From the NCBI GenBank assembly GCA_963674595.2, contig CAXXFV010000021.1, positions 1 to 55,588 of the forward strand: DNA of 55,588 nucleotides, read 5' to 3'. Positions 48,157 to 55,588 of the stretch are shown one piece after another; within the stretch, counting starts at the first letter, position 1; every line of letters starts with the position of its first letter. The stretch is from a bacterium (GTDB lineage Bacteria > Zhuqueibacterota > Zhuqueibacteria > Residuimicrobiales > Krinioviventaceae). The translations under genes were made by a program, and so were the position numbers. The notes beneath the pieces were generated by a model. The model was not told where the DNA came from, searched no databases, and saw nothing but the letters and a program-made list of their open reading frames with translations.

Positions 48157-48364
48157 TTTTCTCCTCCCTGTCTTTCATTTCCAACAAGGATTTACGTACA
48201 AGTTCATCTTTTTTAACAATAACATTTTGTAAACGCCTGACTTCCCGCTCAAGTTCCCGCAGACGTTTGGGCCCCCAAAACCGGCCCCAGACTTTTTCAA
48301 AAATAATAACACAGGCAAAAGTCAAAATGATCCCGAAAATAAAACTTGCAATATCAATTTTCAT
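48131..48364 (-). CDS. small single-TM coiled-coil protein
   Basis: FIFGIILTFACVIIF then RLRELEREVRRLQ; CAGG RBS. Confidence 0.6.
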   Translation of the reverse strand: MKIDIASFIFGIILTFACVIIFEKVWGRFWGPKRLRELEREVRRLQNVIVKKDELVRKSLLEMKDREEKNEKSNPKN

Positions 48365-48379
48365 AACAACCTGCTTTGT

Positions 48380-49192
48380 TTAATACTTACGATATTTAAT
48401 CATCTGTAATTTATTGCCTTCAACCGGATCCTGATCATAGTTCAGCTCATCCACAGCGTGCCGGATGATATGAAGACCCATCCCGCCTTTTTTTCGTGTT
48501 TCGGCAGCGGCAGAAATATCATATTTATAATTGTCATAAAACAGGAACCCTTCACCATGGTCTATTATTTCAATGACAAACTTTTCAGAATCAGCCATTA
48601 CATTCACGTAAACTTTATTGGCCGGATCTGAGTGATAAGCGTGTTCAATTACATTTAAACAGGCTTCATAAACAGCTATTTTAAGTTTACTGATTTGATT
48701 TTTTTCAAATCCATACTCCTGGGCAAGGTCGGTCACAAAATCACAAGCAAGATATAACGCACTTATTTTACTTGGAATATCTATCTGTTTTTCAAAAACA
48801 GCGGACCGCTTTGTCGTACTTTCAGATATTTTCGAAATCTCAGCAGGCCCATGATCTGAAGCCGTACTTTCATCATAGGATAAATAAGAAAAAGGATGAA
48901 AACTTTCAAATGCTTCCAATGCACCGTTGGAAATATTCTTCAATACAACACTGCCTCCCTGTCGTCGTGCTGTGGCAGTCATCTCAAAAAGCAACACAAT
49001 AAAGCTCGGCGGCAGGTCATCAAATCTTGAAAGATCAAAAATAAAATTTTTACCACCGTTTTTTATTGTTTGCCGGAATTCGGATAAAAGTGCCGGCACC
49101 AAAGAAATATCCCGTTCCGAAGCAAGTGGAACGATTTTGTATAAATTTTCTTTGCTGCTTACTTTTTCAATTTTAACGATTCGATCATCCAT
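48380..49192 (-). CDS. STAS-like domain fused to RsbW/SpoIIAB-type anti-sigma Ser kinase
   Basis: N-term NFIFDLSRFDDLPPSFIVLL...ARRQGGSVVLKN; C-term LKIAVYEACLNVIEHAY, IIDHGEGF, RKKGGMGLHII. Confidence 0.78.
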   Translation of the reverse strand: MDDRIVKIEKVSSKENLYKIVPLASERDISLVPALLSEFRQTIKNGGKNFIFDLSRFDDLPPSFIVLLFEMTATARRQGGSVVLKNISNGALEAFESFHPFSYLSYDESTASDHGPAEISKISESTTKRSAVFEKQIDIPSKISALYLACDFVTDLAQEYGFEKNQISKLKIAVYEACLNVIEHAYHSDPANKVYVNVMADSEKFVIEIIDHGEGFLFYDNYKYDISAAAETRKKGGMGLHIIRHAVDELNYDQDPVEGNKLQMIKYRKY

Positions 49193-49204
49193 TATAAACC
49201 AAAA

Positions 49205-50950
49205 TCATACTCTAGAGTTTTTGTTTAATTCACGTTTTAAAACTTTACCTAAAAAATTTTTTGGAAATGCGGTTTTATAAATAAACTCTTTTGGAATTTT
49301 ATACCGGCCAAGTTTTCCTTCACAAAACCTTATTAATTCCTTTTTATCAATATTGAGGCCGTTTCTCGTTATAATAAACGCGTGTACTTTTTCTCCGTAA
49401 AAATCGTCAGGAATACCGCAAACGGCTGCCTCGGCGATATTTGGGTGCTCCAGTAAAACATTCTCAATTTCACTCGGATATATGTTATAACCACCGGATA
49501 ATATAATATCTTTTTTCCGATCTAAGATATAAAAAAATCCCTGTTCATCAAAATAAGCAATATCTCCTGTGGCCAGCCAGCCGTCACGGGACAAAACTTT
49601 TACGGTTTCATTTTTATTTTTCCAATATCCCCGCATCACCTGCGGACCTTTAACTTCCAACTCGCCGATTTGACTGGATTTTAATATCTCCCGTGTTTGC
49701 ACATCAACAATTCGGGCATCTGTATTGGGGTAAGGTAAACCGATACAACGTTCTTTATTAATTCCATATAACGGATTACAATGAGTAATTGGACTTGCTT
49801 CAGTTAACCCATAACCTTCAACCAACTTGCCGCCGGAAAGCTCTTCAAATTTTCGTTTAACAAACAAAGGTAAAGGTGAGCCGCCACTAATACAGGAATG
49901 TACAGATTCCAGCGTATTGGACTGTAATCCCTGATAATTTACAATGGCGGCAAAAAGTGTCGGTACACCCGGAAAAATTGTAATCTGATATTTCTTAATA
50001 TCAGCCAACAACCTTTTAATCTTGAACCTGGGTTCCAGAACAAGTGTTGAACCGCTTTGTAAAGAAAGGTGCAGGCACGCCGTTAAACCATAACTATGAA
50101 TAAACGGCAAAACAGCCATAATTTTTTCACATCCCTCTTTAAGGTTCGTGATCCAGGCGCGGGATTGCAGTACGTTTGCAACCAAATTTTGATGCGTTAG
50201 AACAGCCGCTTTTGACTTGCCGGTAACGCCCCCCGTATATAATAAAATAGCTGTATCATCAGGTTTTACATGTGGTTTTTCCGGAACAACGTAATTAAAT
50301 AATTGTCTAAAGTATAAAACTTTATTACTGTCAAATTTGTCCTTTTTTAATAATACTTTATTTTTTAACTGTAGGGCCATACTTAAAAAAGACGGCATAT
50401 ATGTTTCAACATAACAAATTATGACCTTTTCAACATCAATTTTATGTAAAATCCGGTTCACACGTGGAAAAAGACGATCTATTGTTACAATAAATTTTGC
50501 ACCACTGTCTTTGAATTGCATAAAGGCTTCCCTACCGGAAAGCAAGGGATTTATAAGCACAGCTACAGCGCCTATTCTCAATGCAGCAAGGTAGGTGATA
50601 AGAAATTGGGGAATATTGGGTAACATAATGGCAACACGGTCCCCCCGTTGTAATCCTTGTGCAAGTAAGCCGGAAGAAAACTTTTTTACAAGTTCATCCA
50701 AATAATGATATGATATATTCTTGCCAAAATAAATAAGCGCATGATTGGTAGGAAATTTTTTAACTGTTGCGTCCCAAATATCATTTATTGTCATATCGGG
50801 AATATAAATTTCATCAGGAACATCTTTATCATAAAAATCGGTCCATATTTTTGCTTCTTTAAATTTAGAATATGGAACAATATTTTTAATAAAAGATGCA
50901 AAACTTTTCATCCATTTTTCAAATATTGATAAAACCAAATTGAAACCCAA
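49205..50950 (-). CDS. fadD: long-chain fatty acid--CoA ligase
   Basis: YTGGVTGKSK AMP-binding loop, EGYGLTEASP, KGPQVMRGYW, WLATGD, DRKKD, GKVLKREL. Confidence 0.85.
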   Translation of the reverse strand: MGFNLVLSIFEKWMKSFASFIKNIVPYSKFKEAKIWTDFYDKDVPDEIYIPDMTINDIWDATVKKFPTNHALIYFGKNISYHYLDELVKKFSSGLLAQGLQRGDRVAIMLPNIPQFLITYLAALRIGAVAVLINPLLSGREAFMQFKDSGAKFIVTIDRLFPRVNRILHKIDVEKVIICYVETYMPSFLSMALQLKNKVLLKKDKFDSNKVLYFRQLFNYVVPEKPHVKPDDTAILLYTGGVTGKSKAAVLTHQNLVANVLQSRAWITNLKEGCEKIMAVLPFIHSYGLTACLHLSLQSGSTLVLEPRFKIKRLLADIKKYQITIFPGVPTLFAAIVNYQGLQSNTLESVHSCISGGSPLPLFVKRKFEELSGGKLVEGYGLTEASPITHCNPLYGINKERCIGLPYPNTDARIVDVQTREILKSSQIGELEVKGPQVMRGYWKNKNETVKVLSRDGWLATGDIAYFDEQGFFYILDRKKDIILSGGYNIYPSEIENVLLEHPNIAEAAVCGIPDDFYGEKVHAFIITRNGLNIDKKELIRFCEGKLGRYKIPKEFIYKTAFPKNFLGKVLKRELNKNSRV

Positions 50951-50982
50951 AATTATTTTACAAGAAATGCGTTTAAGGGAAA

Positions 50983-52524
50983 TTAAGCATTTTCTTGATC
51001 AGGGTCAATACGAACTTGACCGGAAGCAGTGACAAAAACACCTGGTTTTCCAACAACCGGACATTTGTTTTCACAAATTCCACACCCTATACACAATGTT
51101 TCATCAACATAGGGAAATTTAACAACTTTTGTTTGCCCGTTGGGTAAAACCACTTGTCGGTTATCAAATTTTATCGCTTTATCAGGGGTGGGACAATGCT
51201 CCTCACATACCAGGCAGTCCTCATTTTTATACCAGGGTATACATCGGCTTTTATCAAAAAAAGCTAAACCCATTTTAATATTTTTTTTGGCTTCTAAATC
51301 GAGTTTTTGTATGGCACCAGTGGGACATACCTGGCCGCAAAGATTGCAGTTATATTCACAATAACCCAATCGGGGTTTTGAAACAGGGGTCCAGAAGCCT
51401 TCAACGCCTGCCTCAATAACCGCAGGCTGCAAGCAAGAACCGGTCGATGAACAAATTTTAGTACATTCGTGACATCGAATACACCGGTCAAGAAACTGGT
51501 TTTCTTCCAAAGCTCCGGGAGGTCGAATAGCTTGTCCAATATGATTACGGGATACAGCAGCCGTTTTTACAAGAGCTAAACCAGTTATACCGGCAGCACC
51601 GGCCTGCAAAAAATGCCGTTTTGAAAGATCAATTTTACTTTTACCCTTATTAATTGCAAAACGATAAGATATAGATTTCGGGGGACAAACATCAACACAT
51701 TCAGCACACTCTATACACTCTACCGTATTGTTCTGAGTATAATCGTCTTCTATGGCATTCATGCGACAATTTCGCTGACAAAGACCGCATTGTGTGCAGC
51801 TTGAATTTACATAGCGTTGCGTCAACCGAAACTTGGAGAAAATCCCAAACAATGCACCCAGGGGACAAAGGTTTCGGCACCAAAAACGCCGGGATATAGC
51901 CCCAAGAGCTAAAATACCAAGGAAAACCGAAAAGATAATAATTCCCTGTTTAAAAAACGGCTGGCTTACGGGTAAAAAAGAATTTTGTGCAAAATCGTAT
52001 AACGTATATAACTGATCTTCAGCAATACCAAGATTAAATGCAGTGTTAAAAAGGCCATAAAAGAAAAAAACAAAAATCGGAAAGATCACAACGGTCATTG
52101 TTCGTGTTAATAATACTATCGGATCAAAAAACCAAACAAACTGAAATGAAAATAGCGATCCCACCAAAACAGCAACAAGAACAAAAAATTTAATAAAACG
52201 AAAACGGGTATTCGTTTTTGATTTTATATTCTTTTTAGGACGTTTGAAAAAACGATCTGAAAAATCGATTATAGTTCCCAACGGACAAATCCACCCGCAA
52301 AAAAATCTGCCCAAAGGAATGGTTAGTAACAGAATGACAAATCCTATTAGAACAGAAGAAATAAATGTTCGCGAAGCGATAATAACAGACAGTCCGGCAA
52401 GAGGGCTTGATCTTAAAAACAAATCTGCCGGAATTCCAAATTCATAAGGATATCGTGCCGCAAAAAACATGGTGATAAATAAAAGAAAAAACAAAATTTG
52501 AGATATTCTTCTGGCATTACGCAT
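50983..52524 (-). CDS. membrane polyferredoxin (NapH/MauN-like + NapG/MauM-like fusion)
   Basis: GRFFCGWICPLG, RFWCRNLCPLG, CxxCxxCxxxC(P) motifs, IRPPGA, internal SKRHFL + TM. Confidence 0.88.
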   Translation of the reverse strand: MRNARRISQILFFLLFITMFFAARYPYEFGIPADLFLRSSPLAGLSVIIASRTFISSVLIGFVILLLTIPLGRFFCGWICPLGTIIDFSDRFFKRPKKNIKSKTNTRFRFIKFFVLVAVLVGSLFSFQFVWFFDPIVLLTRTMTVVIFPIFVFFFYGLFNTAFNLGIAEDQLYTLYDFAQNSFLPVSQPFFKQGIIIFSVFLGILALGAISRRFWCRNLCPLGALFGIFSKFRLTQRYVNSSCTQCGLCQRNCRMNAIEDDYTQNNTVECIECAECVDVCPPKSISYRFAINKGKSKIDLSKRHFLQAGAAGITGLALVKTAAVSRNHIGQAIRPPGALEENQFLDRCIRCHECTKICSSTGSCLQPAVIEAGVEGFWTPVSKPRLGYCEYNCNLCGQVCPTGAIQKLDLEAKKNIKMGLAFFDKSRCIPWYKNEDCLVCEEHCPTPDKAIKFDNRQVVLPNGQTKVVKFPYVDETLCIGCGICENKCPVVGKPGVFVTASGQVRIDPDQENA

Positions 52525-52545
52525 ATAATAATCCTGGCGGAAAGT

Positions 52546-53463
52546 TTATAGATTAATTTCTTTAAAATTTAAGCTGGTCCAATCACGGGTCCCAAGTCCC
52601 CGTTCTTCAGCATTTTTTAAATACTCAATTTCATTAGGATTGATGCTAAACAACTGCATGGCATAGGAATCCACAGCAACAGGATCAACACCGGCTATGA
52701 GTGTTTTCTTTTCTTCAACATCAGCCAGGTTTCCACCGGAAGGACCATTTCTCATCAAAACACGATAGGCATCGATAATTGTCAATTGCGGTTTAATGAC
52801 AGTATTAACATCAACAATTTTTGTCATAAATTCCGTGTGAATGGAACCCCTGTCTCCGCCTAAAAGACCCATAATATTTTTCATACCCAACGTAACTCTT
52901 GAAATGGTATGGTGTTTGGCAATGGGCACATTAATAAAGACATCCGCATCGAGTACATCTTTATAAAATTCCCAGGACTTTAATATTTTTCCATCCGGAA
53001 TATCAACTTTTTGAAAACGGCTATCCACAATATGTCTTACCTGTGCACCAGCCTCAGAAGCAGCCTCTTCAATACCACTTCTTTTATAACATCTTCTGGC
53101 TTGATTACAGGTGCGGTCCAATACTCTTACCCGTTTAGCCCCGGCAGATAGACACATTTTAACAACCTCAGCAACCAATTCAGGATTTGTGTTTGCTGCC
53201 TGTTCAGGAAGCCGATCCCATCCGATGTTTGGTTTTATTAAAACAGTTTGACCTTTTTTAACAAAACGTTGAATACCGCCCAGTTCGTCCATCATTTTAC
53301 GAGCTAATTCTTTTATCGGACCGTTTTTTACAACGATAACGTCTAAAGGATTATTGTTTTGAGAAATTACAGGGGAATGTCTAAATAAAGAGGAAAGAAA
53401 AATTCCGGCGCTTGTATAATTTAAAAAATCTCTTCTGGTAAACTGCTTCATTACAATCTCCAT
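52546..53463 (-). CDS. DUF362 family protein with Tat signal
   Basis: FTRRDFL; GGIQRFVKKGQTVLIKPN, NTNPELV, INVPIAKHH, TLGMKNIMG, DPVAVDS. Confidence 0.88.
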   Translation of the reverse strand: MEIVMKQFTRRDFLNYTSAGIFLSSLFRHSPVISQNNNPLDVIVVKNGPIKELARKMMDELGGIQRFVKKGQTVLIKPNIGWDRLPEQAANTNPELVAEVVKMCLSAGAKRVRVLDRTCNQARRCYKRSGIEEAASEAGAQVRHIVDSRFQKVDIPDGKILKSWEFYKDVLDADVFINVPIAKHHTISRVTLGMKNIMGLLGGDRGSIHTEFMTKIVDVNTVIKPQLTIIDAYRVLMRNGPSGGNLADVEEKKTLIAGVDPVAVDSYAMQLFSINPNEIEYLKNAEERGLGTRDWTSLNFKEINL

Positions 53464-53542
53464 AAAAAGTTGAAAAATTTATAATCAATATAAAAAATTC
53501 CATTCTCTTATGGAAATAATAATTTCTAAATAATTCGGTATA

Positions 53543-53574
53543 AAAGAAAAACGCCCACTTTTTAGCGGGCGTTT
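53543..53574 (-). terminator. intrinsic terminator after TPR gene
   Basis: AAACGCCCGCT-AAAA-AGTGGGCGTTT followed by TTCTTTT. Confidence 0.75.
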
Positions 53575-53580
53575 AAATTA

Positions 53581-54609
53581 TTATAAACCTTTATTAATAA
53601 GATCTATTTCATATTCAGCGTTTTTTCGCCATCTTCTATCTTTAGAAGCTTCCTTAAAATGGGTTAATGCGCTTTGAGTATTACCTAATTGTTTTGATGC
53701 GACGCCGGCTTCAAAATGAGCAGCAGCATCAAATTTTCTGCTTACTTTGATACACTCTTCGGCAGCTTTTAAAGCATCCGCATACTTGCCAACTTTGTTA
53801 TAAGCTGCGGCCATTCTATACATGGGTTCGTCATAATTCGGTTTTATGGCGATAGCATTTTCAAAAGCCATGATTGCATTATCCACCTGGCCGGATTCTA
53901 CATAAGCAGCGCCCAGACTGTTGAATGCTTTATAATAATCAGGTTTAACTTGAGTGGCCATCATAAAATATTTGATCGCATTTTTCAAGTCTTTCTTTTT
54001 ATTATATACCAACCCAAGATTGTACATCGTTGTATAATGTTGTTGATTTAAATCAAGAGCTTTTGTATAAGCATCTATAGCCTGATCGTATTGTTTAAGA
54101 CGATTGTAAGCAGATCCTAAAGCAGAAAAAGATCTTTCATCGCTGGGATCAATCTCAGTCGCTTTAGTATAAGCGGTAACAGCATCGTTATATTTACGCT
54201 GTTTAACGAGAGTAATTCCTTTGCCGTAATAAGCACCGGCATTATTTGGATCAAGAGAAATGGCCTGTTTATAAAAAGTTATTGCCTGTTCGTACTGTCC
54301 TTTTTTAAATGCATCATTACCATCATTGTAAGCGGTTTTTGAATCATTTAACTTTTTAGTGTATTCAACGTTTGCCTTTAACTGACCTTCCAACCCTTTA
54401 ATCTCTTGTTCTATTGCTTTGTATTTTGCAGAAAGTTCTTCATACTTTTCAGTAGAAATGTCAGGGGCGCCCATTTTAGCGCGAACTTCATTTAGCTCTC
54501 TTACTTTCGCATTGTACTTGTCCTGTACATCCTGAGCATAAACGGTGCTAATTAAAAACAAAATTGTTAAAAATAAACTTACCAGGTTATAAAAGTTTTT
54601 AATTCGCAT
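53581..54609 (-). CDS. secreted tetratricopeptide repeat protein
   Basis: Signal peptide, coiled coil, about 7 TPRs (AYYGKG, SFSALG, MYNLG, AFNSLG). Confidence 0.85.
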   Translation of the reverse strand: MRIKNFYNLVSLFLTILFLISTVYAQDVQDKYNAKVRELNEVRAKMGAPDISTEKYEELSAKYKAIEQEIKGLEGQLKANVEYTKKLNDSKTAYNDGNDAFKKGQYEQAITFYKQAISLDPNNAGAYYGKGITLVKQRKYNDAVTAYTKATEIDPSDERSFSALGSAYNRLKQYDQAIDAYTKALDLNQQHYTTMYNLGLVYNKKKDLKNAIKYFMMATQVKPDYYKAFNSLGAAYVESGQVDNAIMAFENAIAIKPNYDEPMYRMAAAYNKVGKYADALKAAEECIKVSRKFDAAAHFEAGVASKQLGNTQSALTHFKEASKDRRWRKNAEYEIDLINKGL

Positions 54610-54644
54610 GGGTTATCTCCGATTTTATAATATTAAAAAATTAG

Positions 54645-54730
54645 TGGTGCCGAAGGCGGGATTTGAACCCGCACGCCCATCGGGCACTACCCCCTCAAGA
54701 TAGCGTGTCTACCAATTCCACCACTTCGGC
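54645..54730 (-). tRNA. tRNA-Leu (GAG)
   Basis: GCCGAAGTGGTGGAATTGGTAGACACGCTATCTTGAGGGGGTAG...GTTCAAATCCCGCCTTCGGCACCA; long variable arm; encoded CCA; classic position after secG. Confidence 0.96.
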
Positions 54731-54735
54731 TAATT

Positions 54736-55092
54736 TTAATTATTTGGTGCTTCTTCTGGAGTTGCTTGAATTGGAGCAGGAGCAGCTTCAGGTAATGTTC
54801 TCGCTGGAGAAGACATTCTTTTTTCTCTTTCTTGCTCTACCAAGCTCTTTTGATCGATTGTTCCTCTTGTAATCATCCCGAGAATTAAAGCAATGAGTAA
54901 AAATAGTGTTGACAATATAGAGGTCGCTTTTGTTAAAAAAGGAGCGGATCCTCTACCGCCAAATATTGAACCCATTGCATCTCCTCCTCCAAAGGTACCG
55001 GCTAAACCACCGCCTTTACCGGATTGAATTAGGATAACAAATGTTAAAAGCACACATACAATTGCGAATATTCCAATTAATAAAGAATACAT
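54736..55092 (-). CDS. secG: preprotein translocase subunit SecG
   Basis: ILIQSGKGGGLAGTFGG...FGGRGSAPFLTKAT; two TMs; tpiA-secG-tRNA-Leu synteny. Confidence 0.93.
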   Translation of the reverse strand: MYSLLIGIFAIVCVLLTFVILIQSGKGGGLAGTFGGGDAMGSIFGGRGSAPFLTKATSILSTLFLLIALILGMITRGTIDQKSLVEQEREKRMSSPARTLPEAAPAPIQATPEEAPNN

Positions 55093-55108
55093 AACTTCTC
55101 CAACATCT

Positions 55109-55588
55109 TTAGGCTTTTATAATTCCAACAAAGGATTCGGCCTTTAAGCTTGCGCCACCAATAAGACCACCATCAATATCTGTTTGACCCAGCAATTCAG
55201 CTGCATTATCTGGCTTCATACTGCCGCCATATTGAATCCTGACAGCATCAGAAACATCACCGTCATACAATTCTTTTAACAAGTCACGGATAAATTTATG
55301 CACGGCCTGTGCCTGATCAGGGGTGGCAACAACACCGGTTCCAATAGCCCAAACAGGTTCATAGGCAATGACAATTTTCAAAACATCTTCTTTAGACAAG
55401 CCATTTAATCCACCTTTTATTTGTGTGGCAACAACTTTTTCTGTATCACCGTTTTCACGTTCACTTAATAACTCGCCAACACAAACTATTGGAATAAGCT
55501 GTTTTTCAAGAGCTTTTTTAACTCTTTTGTTTACAGTTTCATCTGTCTCATTAAAATACTGACGTCTTTCAGAATGACCAATGATAAC
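55109..55588 (-). CDS. tpiA: triosephosphate isomerase, 5' part outside window
   Basis: Open frame to window end: [38 protein letters not shown]. Confidence 0.96.
   Translation of the reverse strand, partial: VIIGHSERRQYFNETDETVNKRVKKALEKQLIPIVCVGELLSERENGDTEKVVATQIKGGLNGLSKEDVLKIVIAYEPVWAIGTGVVATPDQAQAVHKFIRDLLKELYDGDVSDAVRIQYGGSMKPDNAAELLGQTDIDGGLIGGASLKAESFVGIIKA

Noticed and set aside
1-55588. CRISPR arrays, IS elements, prophage or known defence systems
   Set aside because: No regularly spaced direct repeats, transposase, integrase or recognisable defence domains seen by eye; strong minus-strand bias is compatible with ordinary operon and replichore organisation

Overview
Low-GC bacterial chromosomal segment with essentially every protein gene on the minus strand. 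Gene content (Bat operon, TonB/beta-barrel genes, tpiA-secG-tRNA-Leu) suggests a diderm related to the FCB group such as Calditrichota/KSB1; this is inference only. In transcription order (right to left): tpiA-secG-tRNA-Leu(GAG); TPR protein; DUF362 plus membrane polyferredoxin; fadD with a STAS/RsbW fusion and small membrane proteins; yugP-like peptidase; a chaperone block (grpE-dnaJ-degP-fmdB, dnaK, clpB); an expanded moxR-DUF58-batABCDE operon; a TonB/outer-membrane-barrel/lipoprotein cluster; yhaM; a TolB-like plus TonB-dependent receptor pair; tRNA-Asn(GTT); a sensor kinase, NtrC-type sigma54 activator and small receiver protein; and a Wzx/Wzy exopolysaccharide locus running off the left end. 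The 12-18.9 kb genes are broken by many single-base homopolymer indels, probably assembly errors. Most notable: (1) the priming phosphoglycosyl transferase carries a degenerate GGDEF-like domain with an intact RxxD I-site, next to a Walker-A-degenerate BY-kinase, suggesting c-di-GMP-gated Wzy-pathway initiation; (2) four clean and one imperfect sigma54 -24/-12 promoters, with dnaK and grpE sharing a TGYCA-N3-TGRCA upstream palindrome; (3) two similar CYTxL...GRR lipoproteins, one with a CxxCH motif, flanking outer-membrane barrels and TonB-domain genes. No CRISPR array, transposase or integrase was recognised.
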